From Octopus bimaculoides (lineage: Eukaryota): a stretch of DNA of 63,929 bases. Positions 28,585-41,087 of the stretch are shown here, in pieces. The position numbers were made by a program, and so were the translations under genes. The notes beneath the pieces were generated by a model that saw only the letters and a program-made list of their open reading frames with translations, was not told the origin of the DNA and did not search any database. The DNA lies in NCBI RefSeq assembly GCF_001194135.2, contig NC_068984.1, positions 31,975,958 through 32,039,886 on the forward strand, in the 5' to 3' direction. Every line of letters begins with the position of its first letter. Position 1 is the first letter of the stretch.

Positions 28585-29399
28585 NNNNNNNNNNNNNNNN
28601 NNNNNNNNNNNNNNNNNNNNNNNNNNNNNNNNNNNNNNNNNNNNNNNNNNNNNNNNNNNNNNNNNNNNNNNNNNNNNNNNNNNNNNNNNNNNNNNNNNNN
28701 NNNNNNNNNNNNNNNNNNNNNNNNNNNNNNNNNNNNNNNNNNNNNNTATATATATATATATATATATGAACAGACTGTCTCATGTTAAGGCTCTGTCAAA
28801 AGGACAGTAGTGAAACATTCAAATATATGTTAACGTAATAAGACTTTATCAAACTTTTGAGAAAACGTGAAATAATTCTTTTTTAGAATAATGAATATCA
28901 AAACACATATAACTATAAATAACATCATGTAAATATTGAATCTAAAACAACTTTGAATAGAAAAATTCCAAGGCAGCCTTCAACTATTTCTATCCAAAAT
29001 GATTTTTCAACCCAATATTTACTTGTTATTATTTATAGCTTTATGAGCTTCAAGATCTGCTGTTCCAAAAAATAATTGTATATGTATGTGTGTCTGTGTG
29101 TATAGCCATGGCCAAAAGTTTGGAAGTATCAGTGCAAAGCATTGTTTAAGCCTAATAAACTTTAGGTTATTTAAAAGATGTTTGTGAGTTATTTCATCTT
29201 CGGTAAGGCAAATTCTATGGTAACTGCATTGAATCTGCCTCTCAAATTTGAAATATATCCCAAGTCTGGACAGAGGTGTGTTTGGTCTCCAATTTCAATG
29301 TTTATTCAACTGTATCGATAACAATACTTAACCAGAGTAAAGTGTTTACTGATTTTAACTTCACTAGATATTCACACTAGTATACGCTAAAAGACATGA

Positions 29400-29740
29400 G
29401 CAGGAGTAACAATGGCTCAGTGGTTAGAGTGTCAGGTTCACAATCATGAGGTAGTGAGTTTGATTCTCTGGATCGGGATGTGTATTGTGTTCTTGAGCAA
29501 GAAACTTTATTTCACATTACTTCAGTTCACTCAGCTGTAGAAATGAGTTGCAACATCACTGGTTCCAAGCTGTATTGGCCTTTCCCTTTCCCTTGGATAA
29601 TATCATTGGCATGAAGAGAGGAGGCTGGTATGCATGGGCAACCACAGCTCTTCTGTAAACAACCTTGCCTGGACTTGTACCTCAGAGGAAAACTTTCTAG
29701 GTGCAATCCCATGGTCATTAATGACTAAAAGGAGTCTTTT
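29400..29740 (+). mobile_element. tRNA-derived SINE family C, near full length
   Basis: A box TGGCTCAGTGG (about 29412), B-box-like GAGTTTGATTCT (about 29455), CORE-like TGTTCTTGAGCAAG body. Confidence 0.8.
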
Positions 29741-31402
29741 ACACTAAAAAAATTAGCATAATTACACTGGCTCATTCATGAAGAGCTTCAGTACAGCTTT
29801 GATCCACCAAGTGTCATTGACAACTCTTTGGTAAACCCAGACTCTGGTAGAATACAAAGTGCTATGCAATGAGATTGAAACTAAAAATATTTCCTTGCAA
29901 AAACTTCTAACTGAACAACAATGCCTCTGCTCATATTTATTTATTTATTTATTTATGAGTTTCAGCCAAGTGGCTGCAGTCATGCTGGTGCACCACCGTG
30001 TAATTTTTTTCTAATATGTAGGCATGTGTTCATATTCCCAGTTGCTGTTGTCATTCCCGTTATTTTTTCCTTTTAATATATCTTTTTACAGAGTTTTGGG
30101 GATTGATTAATGTTGAAAATTTGAAAACAAAAAACAGTTATTTTTATTAGATATCTATTCCATCCCACTTCCAGTTATGCACTACAGATAAAAGTCATTA
30201 TATAATGTTGTTCTCTTAATTGTCTTTACTTCTCCTCCTATTACTAGCACTGGCATCTCTATCCACACTACCCTTATCACGTTTTATTTACTTCTATAAT
30301 TTTCAATCCACCTGAGCTCTCACATAATTTAAAACTTAAATTATCATAAAGAATTTCAAATTTCATCTGCACCCCTTCACCACCACAATCAACCTAAAAA
30401 ATATAAATTAAAATTTTTATGAAAACTTTATACAACGAATGAAACAGACAGAAAAAATTTAGAATTAAGAATAAGAGAAAATACTTTGAATCCAGGACAA
30501 TAGTTTTTACATTCCACACCTCCAGAGAAAGTCTCTTCATCAATCTACTTCTATGTCTAATTAAATTATGGTGGATAAAAAATAATTGAATTAAGAAAAA
30601 AAGGATAAAAACAAAATCTGTTTCACTTATATACACTAAAGCTTGTAATTGTTCTAAGCAGCTTTCCTAGTAATGTTTGTAAGAATAACACCAAAAACAG
30701 TTACAAGTAATATTTTCCACTTTATTCAAAGTTATTTCAGGTTAACACCTGAATATTTAAAAGGTGATTATATACACTTAAACATTTTGATCATGTTGTT
30801 GTTTTGATGTCTACAAATCTTAAACATTGTACTTATATCAAGGGGAGATAATTTACACATCTTAATAGTTGTTACATATTTGTGTGTGTAAAAGTGTGTA
30901 TGTGTGTGTGTGTGTGTGTGTTTATTTTTGATACAACTCTTTATGTTTTTTTTTATTAATTTGAAATAAGAAAAAAGAATGAAGAATGTCTTGTATGAAA
31001 GTATTTTGAAATTGTTCTGTTACCTCTTGGGAAAACAACTTTGCAAAACAGATGTGACTTTGAATTCAAGTTTCCATCATTTCTGATAGACATGTGAAAA
31101 AAAATATAAATGTAATAAAATAATAAAATTAACATTTATCAATAAATAAAAACAATCAAAACAAACTGAAAGCAGAGTTATACAGTTTAGAGATTATAAA
31201 TAAATNNNNNNNNNNNNNNNNNNNNNNNNNNNNNNNNNNNNNNNNNNNNNNNNNNNNNNNNNNNNNNNNNNNNNNNNNNNNNNNNNNNNNNNNNNNNNNN
31301 NNNNNNNNNNNNNNNNNNNNNNNNNNNNNNNNNNNNNNNNNNNNNNNNNNNNNNNNNNNNNNNNNNNNNNNNNNNNNNNNNNNNNNNNNNNNNNNNNNNN
31401 NN

Positions 31403-31470
<68 letters not shown>

Positions 31471-31721
31471 GGTATACATACAAGCACACATACACTCATA
31501 TAAACTTTATGATTTTAATATTTACTTATGCATTTTACTACGATGTGAAGTTCATAACATTTTCCAAGAAAGAGACATTTTAAATATCTTATGTGTGTAG
31601 TTATATAAATATGGATGCATATATCACATTTGCTGTATTGGAAGTAAATTTTGACCCCTATTTTAACACACTCTCTCTCTCTTTATTTCCCACTCACCTT
31701 CTCTCTCTCTATGTATGTATA

Positions 31722-32280
31722 TAGGAGGAGGTATCCAAAAGTTCACAGACTAGCAAAGTTTAATTTAAAAAATGACTTATTTACCTGAGTTTTAACATCA
31801 TCTCTTTCAGAATAGTCATCTTGTGTAGTAATACACCAGTTCTAGCATTCCTGCCACTTTTGGAATCTGGCCTGGAAGATCGTTTTCTGTAAATATGTCA
31901 CAGACCTTCTTGCAATTCATTCTGGATCTCAACAATGGTATTAAAACAGTGAGCTTTGAACTGCATTTTGATCTTGGGGGAAAGTTGGGAGTCTGTAGGG
32001 GAAAAATCTGGTGAATAGGGAAGTTATGGAAGTGATACCATGTTGTTTTGGGTGAGTAACTCACAAGAAAGAAATATCACAGTAGAACTCTCGATTGATG
32101 GTCTGACCTTGGAGGACAAATTCTTGATGCACAATACTGCAGATGTCGAAAAAAAACCAATGAGCATATTCTTGATTTAGCTGCAATGTTGTTGTGCACC
32201 CATCGCCATAAACTTACTTAAACATGCTCAATGTCTCTGTTGCAGACTTCTCAAGTTTAATGTAAAATTTCACGTTGGTT
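31722..32280 (-). mobile_element. Mariner-like transposase 3' remnant with TIR-like end
   Basis: Across frameshifts: PYSPDFSPTDSQLSPKIK..F.TIVEIQNE..ENDL..KWQEC*NWCITTQDDYSE, the mariner YSPDLAP.D to EG.YFE region. End reads TA..GGAGGTATCCAAAAGTTC. Confidence 0.85.
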
Positions 32281-32518
32281 TTTGCTTATTTTTTTAAACA
32301 ATTCTGGCTTTTCCTTTATTCTGTTAAATATATATTTTTTAATCAATATCCTTATTCTTAATATTTCCCAATCTTATTATAATTTCTTACCAACATTTCA
32401 TAACCAGATCAATATAAAATACAAAATACAAGAGCATGATTTAATTCCTAGATTGGTAACATATATAACTTACTATTTGAATTGCATGCAACTGTGTCTT
32501 GATATGGGTGTAATAAAT
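32281..32518. repeat. About 235-bp local duplication, copy 1 (copy 2 at 35571-35806)
   Basis: Near-identical sequence by eye (roughly 93-95%). Confidence 0.95.
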
Positions 32519-32744
32519 GGTACTGTTCATGAAAAAATTTGCAGACTACAGTATATACGTGATTATAAAAACACAAATTTCACAACTTGCAAAATAAGCA
32601 CAACAATGTCATTTGGCATACTGCCTCATGAAGGTCACTCTAGCTGTTCCTGCACATGCAACCATGTGTTGCCATCTGTTGGCATGCTACAGAACAGGTC
32701 TGGAAACCATTTGATACCACCTCATAATTATATGTGACTGTCTC

Positions 32745-33111
32745 TGCCTGTGTTTCTCCCCTACAACTGCTTGACAGCTGGTGGTGATGTGTTCATTTCC
32801 CTGTAACGTAGTGGTTCAACAAAAGAAACCGATGGAATGAGTACTAGGCTTCAGAAAATAATTAATAAGTCTTGAGGTTGATTTGTTCAACTAAAACCCT
32901 TCAAGGCAATGCCCCAGCATGGCAGCAGGCAAATGACTGAAACGAGTAAAAGACAAAAGATATATAGACATATATATAGGCACAGTATGGCTGTGTGGTA
33001 AGTAGCTTGATTCGCAACCACATGGTTTTGGGTTCAGTCCCACTCTGTGGCACCTTGGGTCAGTGTCTTCTACTATAGCCTCAGGCTGACCAAAGCCTTC
33101 TGAATGGCTTT

Positions 33112-33150
<39 letters not shown>

Positions 33151-33318
33151 ATGCATTTGTGTTTACATCCCTGTAACTTAGTGGTTCAGCAAAAGAAACT
33201 GATAGAATAAAAATTAGGCTTATAAAGAATAAGTCCTGGGGTCAATTTGTTTGACTAAAGGCAGTGCTTCAACATGGCTACAGTCAAATGATTGAAACAG
33301 ATAAAAGAGTAAAAGAAT
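32745..33318 (+). mobile_element. SINE family B: a 3' half followed by a full copy with internal (TG)n
   Basis: Two copies of the tail ACTTAGTGGTTCA.CAAAAGAAAC.GAT.GAAT..GGC..GACTGAAAC; head at about 32978. Confidence 0.85.
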
Positions 33319-33320
33319 GT

Positions 33321-33367
<47 letters not shown>

Positions 33368-35570
33368 ATGAGAGAGAAATACCCACAGTTGCATATATTC
33401 ATATATTATGAAAATGACTAGAGGGGAAGGTTACCTGTTGCATGAAAACTCAACAGTAAAGTGGATACTGGTACTAACATTTTAATGAACGAAAATGAAA
33501 TAGACAATGCCATGATGAGTGAATTAGTATAACAGTTTTAGATATGTGTCATTCTTATTAAAATTAAACAGTATTCCATATTTAATGATTTTATATGTAA
33601 TTTAATTTATCTTAATTAAATTAAATTTTATGATTCTGTGCCCAGCCTCAAAATAGAATTCAAAACATGAATCACCGAATTTCTTTGAATTGATAAATGT
33701 ATAAAATGACAAAATACCTTGTAGTACTTATTTTCATACCTATATGTTCTAACTTCAAGGACCACCAATATCAACTATACTTTTAATTCTTTCCAAGTCA
33801 ATAAATTAGGAACAAATCGCCCACTGGGAAATATATGATTAATTGTTCTTTTTCTAAAAATGTCATATTTCCTCCATGTTAAAAATTATTATCATTGATT
33901 TCCTGAATGCATGGATTACCAATACTCTTTGATATCTTTGAATATTTGTCAAACTAATACAAATAAGTCAAATTATTATGCCTTCTGTTGAGCTATATAG
34001 CATTTTCTAAATGATTTTGGCTGTCTCTTTTAAATATTTTGGTAAAGAGAAATAAATGCACTTTGGTAGGTCTAAATATTCTGAAATTACATTAATGCTT
34101 ATATGTGTAGCTTTTCTACAGGATCCTGGAATATTCCCCACCAACATTTATTTCACACGAGTTTGTTTGATTTTACAACTCTAGAACTGTGCTTCAAATA
34201 TTCCCAATTAATTATATTCACTTAGGTTTTTTTGCATCAATGCAAGGCTCCCTAGTCCTGTCACATTATTTCTGCCAAAAATTACTTCCCAATTTTGTTT
34301 TAAAAGATCTATTAATGAGTTTAGTACAACAAAACTTTAAAAATAAAAATCAAAGATGATCAAATATACTGCGTATATTTTAAATATAAATATACTTTGA
34401 TATGTCAAATTAGTATATTGTATATTTATAAAAACATACAATTCACAAATTCAACTGGGATCAATACTTGAACAAGTATTGAACCAGATATAAATGAATC
34501 CTTCAGATTTTCAATTTTTCAATTATATTACTTAGTAAAAGAATAAGAGTATTAAAAGACATACTTATTTTCAATGACTGTACTGCTTTGAACACATTTC
34601 CTAAGGATTGCATGGGTGAGATTGATTTATATATATTTTATTTTACCTTATGGTTTTATAACTGGGACACTTTCTTTTACTAATCCTTGAGCTGTTAACC
34701 AGTTGAAGTCTTTATCCTTTTGTTAGTTAGGCTATCGCGAGAAACTAGTTATGTCATTGCTCAGGGAAACAAAATAACAATGTCCGTTGTAAGATTGAAA
34801 ATGATGACTTTGAGTAAACACAACTTATTCAAAAGACTTCAGTTCTGTTACCAGTTTCTATAAGAAAATACGCTTTAAATCCTTTGAAAATTAAGTAGTA
34901 CAGGCTTCAGCTCAAATCTTAAATATCAACAAAGTATTTCTTAGTATTGAGTCATCACAACAAAGAAAAAAAATATCTTTTGTAGGAGTTTCAACTCACT
35001 GCAATTTGAACACAAACCCTTCTCCAACAATCTTTGTCACCCACTCTTTCAATAAGATAGCATGCCAGTCCATGACAGTGAAATGGTAGAATTGGTAGTA
35101 TGTTGTAGAAGTTGTAGATACTTTGTGCTATTTGATTTTCTCTTTGAGTTTTGAAATCCTGGATGGTAAACTTAATTCATTGCCCAGTTTAACAGCACAC
35201 ATTGGGGACTTTAATAAAAAATCACCCTGTTACAAGAATTTAGACAAAGTCTTTAGTTTGAGGATTACATTTCCCTTCATTCCACCAATTCTAGAGGACC
35301 ATGAGCTTGGTATTTTTGTCTCTGACTGAGTGTTACAAAGAAAAAAAAAATGTCAGAATTTGATACTAAAAGTATTTGGGTCTCTGAGTTTTAAGAAATG
35401 ATGAAAATTTAACTTTCAGTTTATAATAATAGTTCTAATTTAGTTATCAAGTTAAATAAGCACCAAACTTCTAATCAATGCATGAAAGGTTTTATGAAGA
35501 ATCTAAATATAACTACAAGAGGAAACCTTTCTATTTTATTAGATGTATTAAGTTTATTCATTTTTATGTG

Positions 35571-35806
35571 AAGCTTATTTTTTTAAACAATTTTGGCTTT
35601 TCCTTTATTCTGTTAAATTTATATTTTTTAATCATTATCCTTATTCTTGATATTTCCCAATCTTATTATAATTTCTTACCAACATTTCATAACCAGATCA
35701 ATATAAAATACAAAATACAAGAGCATGATTTGATTCCTACATTGGTAACATATATAACTTACTGTTTGAATTGCATGCAACTGTGTCTTGATATGAGTGT
35801 GATAAA
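35571..35806. repeat. About 235-bp local duplication, copy 2
   Basis: Matches 32281-32518. Confidence 0.95.
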
Positions 35807-35839
35807 GTTTGTGCATGAACATATGTTTGTACACATACA

Positions 35840-35871
<32 letters not shown>

Positions 35872-37477
35872 ACATACAGGTACAAATATATACATGCAGA
35901 TATAAGAATACCCACAAACATATACATGAGTGTATATACAGATATGCTTGTTCACAAACATGCACGTATCTATTTTTATTTATCAAGATTTGAAAATAAA
36001 TATGGTAACAAAACACACAGAATATAATTATTTACATATATAGATGGAAATGTATATATTCAATAATATAGATTAAACTTCAAAAAATAAATGTGTAAAA
36101 TGTGTTAAACACTGTTTACATATGGAAACTTTTCTTGTGTCTCCCTGTGAGTATATGTACATGAGTGAATAAATACGTTCATATATAATGTAATGTTTAC
36201 TTGTTTCAGTTATTGAATTGTGGCCATGCTGAGGTACCACCTTCAAAGCCGGTACTTGATTTCTTTTAAAGCTTATACTTATTCCATCAGTTTCTTTTGC
36301 TGAAGCACTAAGTTATGGAGACATAAAAATATACTTGTTTGTGTGACAAACAAGTATATATATATGTATATATTTGAAAGAATGAGTAAAAATGACTTTT
36401 TGAGGGGATAATTTTTATTTTAATCATAATAATAATGTTTACACTGTAAACATTAAGATTAAACTAAAAATTATATCCTCAAAAAGGCCATCTCTATTGG
36501 TTCAGTCTTCTATCATCATCACCATCATTTAACGTCCACTGTCCATGCTGGCATGGGTTGGAAGGTGTGACAAGAGCTGGCAAGCTGGGGAGCTGCACCA
36601 AACTCCAGTCTGACACATTCTAGCTTCATTTCTTGCATTAATTTCATTCCCTTCTTCTTGAGTTAATGCTTTTTGCATCCTAGATACAATGTTTTTAACG
36701 ATCTATATATTTTTAGAGTTCCTAAATTTTTCATAAAAGAAGTGTAACAGTATATCCTATTATCGATCATATAATACCAAGTGCTTCTTAAATTATTTTA
36801 TTACTTAAACAAAGTCATGTGTGTTATGGTGGGCAATGATCATAGAGTGCAAAAGCACACATTGAATTAACAGGGGCAGAGAAGATATAGGAAAAGTCTG
36901 GGGAAAGGGAAAACAGAAATAGTAAGCACTAGGAATAAAAAGATGAGAATGGGAATGAAATTAGGAGTGAAATTAATGCAAGAAATGGAGCTAGAATGTA
37001 TCGTATTATGAACAACAAAGCAGCAACAAGGAAGGAGAGAATGAGAATTGCTAATAAAGACGAAATATGAACGATAAAGTTAGGGAAGAATATTTTGCAC
37101 AAGACAGAATGAGGAAACAAAATGAGAAACAATATAAATTGTCAAGATTCCTGAAAAATTAATGAAAGAATGGTGGAGGAAATGACAATATTATTGTCAA
37201 GTGGGGAGGCATTTATGGCTGACACTGTACTATAAAATAGGCCGTGGAATTTCCACAGGTATTGCTAGTATTATTGATTCTTACTGTGGAGAGTTAGTAC
37301 CTGTTTACTGCTTGGTGAACAGGATTATTTATGAGTTAAATGAGTCCACCATGAACACAATTGATTATTTGTAATCAGATGTGCAATAATCAGTTTAATT
37401 AATGCACTATTGCCTTCATTGGTTGCAATTCTCTACTCAAACATATCAAATGTTATATCCTTCAATAATAATTCCTT

Positions 37478-37675
37478 ATGGTGGATTGGCAGAATCAATA
37501 GAGCATTGGAAGATATACCTTACGGAGATGGCTCCAGCTCTTTACATTCTGAGTTCAAATTCTGCCAGAGTCAACCTTATCTTCCATCATAAAATAAAGT
37601 ACCAGTCAAGTATTTGATTAATGTTTTTAACTAACCCACTCCCGCAGAACTGCTGGATTTGTGCAAAAATTATAA
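37478..37675 (+). mobile_element. SINE family A copy
   Basis: CATTCTGAGTTCAAATTCTGCC B-box region and ATAAAGTACCAGT tail. Confidence 0.75.
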
Positions 37676-38112
37676 TTAATGTGAAGTATTGTGAAGCAGA
37701 AAAAATAGCCATCATAGCAGGTTTCTTCATCATCATCATTGGCACGTTTCTGTGACTGGGTGCTATACTAACACCAGCCATGCTAGAGTGTGTATTAGAT
37801 GTTTTTGTAGTGCCACTAGCATCAGTAAGATTGATATGCAACTTAGAACACTATGATCCCTTTCATCTCAATGATGATACAGTAGAGATGATAATGACCT
37901 TATGCTTTGAGATGTGGGCTTAAAGAACGAAGGAAATTTCCAGAATATAGAGCAGTTGTCATCCTGTAGAGCAACTATATGTCTCTCTCTTCCCTTGCTA
38001 TCTCTTTCTTTCTCTCTCTCTCACACTATATATATACATATTATACATACATATATCTATCCATATATATATATATATATATATATATACTATACATACA
38101 TATAAGTATATG

Positions 38113-38165
<53 letters not shown>

Positions 38166-38554
38166 GGAGGAGAGCAAACAAATTCAAAGATCGATGTATA
38201 TATTCATTCAATCCATATATTAACGAAATTCTCCATAGTATACAAAGTACATACATAGATGCTTTCATCTATATGATATATAAAAATTTCTAAGAATTTA
38301 TAAATACATACATATACGCGAAAATTTATACATATATAAAAATTCACAGACATGTAAAAATTTATAAACACATAAAAATTCATAAATATAAATATATGAA
38401 AAATATAAGTCCATAAATACTTGCGAAGTTCGAATGTTCGAATTTGAATCAATGAAGAAGTGGATGTAAAATGATTCATAAGGAATCTGAAACATGTATA
38501 AAGTCTATGTGTAAAGTTTTACGGATGTTTTGAAAAGATATAGGTTGCTATTAT

Positions 38555-38593
<39 letters not shown>

Positions 38594-38614
38594 CACATAC
38601 ACACATATATATAT

Positions 38615-38814
38615 AAAGCAAATAAGTAACAAGGCAGTCCAGGTTTTAGTGCATTACAGCCAATTCAGGCGGCTCCATTTAATTGATCAATGCAAGCATT
38701 ACCTCATTTTGATGTAATGCTTGCCTTGATCTATAAAATTGATCTATTAAATGGAGCTGCCTGAAACGGCCTTAATGCACTAATACGTTAACACCCTTGT
38801 TACTTATTTGCTTT
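38615..38814. mobile_element. 200-bp fold-back element (MITE-like hairpin)
   Basis: Perfect 20-bp TIR (38615-38634 / 38795-38814) and nested stems of 10, about 20 and 11 bp around an 11-nt loop. Confidence 0.8.
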
Positions 38815-38935
38815 TTATTCACCTTACCTCAAGCTCTGCGGATAATACTGGACTGACTTGGTGCCTCAACTTATGTTGCTAATTCATTTGAATCTTACAC
38901 ACACACACACACATATATATATATATCATTCACCA

Positions 38936-39122
38936 TGAAAGATCGCTAACCACTACACACATTCTTTTTCTTTCCTCGTTTCTTTCTGTGTTCCTTTCTG
39001 TGGAAGAGCATAGGCTCGAAACGTTAAAGACTTTTTCAATTCCTGAGTGTTATACTAATACATCTATTTGTTTCCTACACCACCTGTCTTCGTCTATTGT
39101 TTTTTTTTGTGAATTTTCCCTA
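38936..39122 (+). mobile_element. Penelope-type terminal repeat fragment with a hammerhead-like motif
   Basis: CTTT-CTGTGGAA-GAGC(ATAG)GCTC-GAAA-CG-TT-AAAG at 38994-39029; ends in (TA)n. The PLE link is inferred from the motif. Confidence 0.5.
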
Positions 39123-39248
39123 TATATATATATATATATATATAAATCAAATGAAGGAAAAAGTGAATTCCTTCAAGGGGATTAAAACATTCAATTCTCA
39201 CTGGTACATCAGTTGAACACCACAAATAAAAGGGTATAATTACAATAT

Positions 39249-41087
39249 ACAAATATTAAATGAAATAGAGAAATACAATTGATATACTAAAACTTTATTT
39301 ACATTATAATATAATATAATATAATATACTATAAAAAGACATAATATTATATAATATAACAACATAAGAAATTATCAATGCAAATATAAAGCCAACAATT
39401 TGTTTCAACTCACATACACAAGTGAATTTATAAAAAAAATTCACATCTATGTATATAAGCCTCCTCAGGGCATTTATTCAAAAGACAGATAAAAATTCCA
39501 TGTAAGGACTGCTAAATTTCAAAATAGACTGATTCAAAAAAATACACATGTTTAGAAGCGTGAGCATTAATAATTCAAATATATGATAAATACAATAAAA
39601 ACAACAACAAAATTCAAATGGATAAAATAATTAAGTAAAGAAAATTTACAATGGTCATAAAATGTTCTTATGGATCTTCAATAATTTTAATGGAAAAATA
39701 TTTTAATCAAAATAATCACTGGCCATTTTATAGTATAATATCTATACCTATATAACATGTAATATATTAAAAATTAATGGTAGAGTAGGAAATATATTTC
39801 ATTTAAAATTTATACATATTATGATGGAAAAAAAAAAGATAAATAAATATGGATATATTTAATTGAAACACTATATTCAATAAAAAATTTCTAAATCGAC
39901 AATTCATTCACTCAAGATTTTACTACCAAATACGTCAATGTTAAACAAATGTATAAAGTTACTGTTATTATAAAACCATACCATTTCTTACTTAGTAATA
40001 ATAATAGTATGATAATTTAACTTTGTTTTACAGAAAGAAATAAATTAAGTTAATCTAATATTTTTATTCTATAAATTTACATGCGAATACAAGTTTAAAA
40101 GGATATATATCTACTAAATATTATAGGTACTACAAGAAATATTCATATATGCATAATTATTCAAAAAGATATATAATTATATATAATGATAATATATAAT
40201 ATAATTACTCTTATTTATTTATTCGTACTAATATAAACATTATTCTAAGTAACTAACAAGTAAAAAATACAAATTTACTTAGTCTATCAGAGGAAATACT
40301 TCCATAAATCAAACAAACAAAAGTGTAAAGCTACAATAATTACAAACTATATTACTTCTTAGATGAAGAGAAAATAAACTTTAAATACAAAACATCTTAA
40401 TTTTACTTTGTTCTTCCGAAGGAACTAGATTAGAGCAAACAAATAGTTATATTATTCTATAAATCATTATATGTATACAAGTTTAAAAGAACATCATATG
40501 ATGAAATATACTAAACTTAATAGGTACCACAATAGATATACATATATGTATGATTATTTAAAAAAATATATAATTATATATAATAATTATTCCAATTTAT
40601 TTATTTGTATATATATATAAACATTATTCCTAGTAAATAACAAGTACAGAACGCCACAAAACACCACATTACTTAGTTTATCAGAGGGAAAAATATCTCT
40701 GTAAATCAAAGCTTATATATTAATTAGTTACAGAAAAAATAGCTGGACATATGTACTTACTTTTTGATCACGATAGGGCCTTATATGAAATTATTCATTT
40801 ATTTTTTGAATCAGTTTATTTTGAAATTTAGCAATCCTTACATAGAATTTTTGTCTGTTTTTTGAACAAATGCCCTGAGGAGACTTATATACATAGATGT
40901 GAATTTTTTTTTATAAATTCACTGGTGTATATGAGTCCAAACAAATTGTTGGCTTTATATTTGTTTTAATAATTTCTTATGTTATGTTATATTACATTAT
41001 ATCATATCTTTTTATATTATATTATATCATAATGTAAATAATTTTTTAGTATGTCAATTGTATTCCTCTATTTCATTTAATATTTGT
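39249..41087. repeat. Large inverted repeat: arms 39249-39543 and 40801-41087, 1.26-kb AT-rich spacer
   Basis: Arms align in reverse complement over about 290 bp at an estimated 85-90% identity, mostly transitions. Confidence 0.92.

Noticed and set aside
29400-29480. tRNA gene
   Set aside because: A/B boxes are present, but no cloverleaf, and the sequence continues into a SINE body.
32596-32640. In-frame TGA among Cys codons (QYAK*HCC) as possible selenocysteine
   Set aside because: The same frame has TAG stops on both sides, and no SECIS or selenoprotein motif was seen.
32282-32737. 151-aa plus-strand ORF (and its 171-aa partner at 35478-35993)
   Set aside because: AT-rich I/L/F/N/Y composition, derived from the duplicated segment and microsatellite; no domain recognised.
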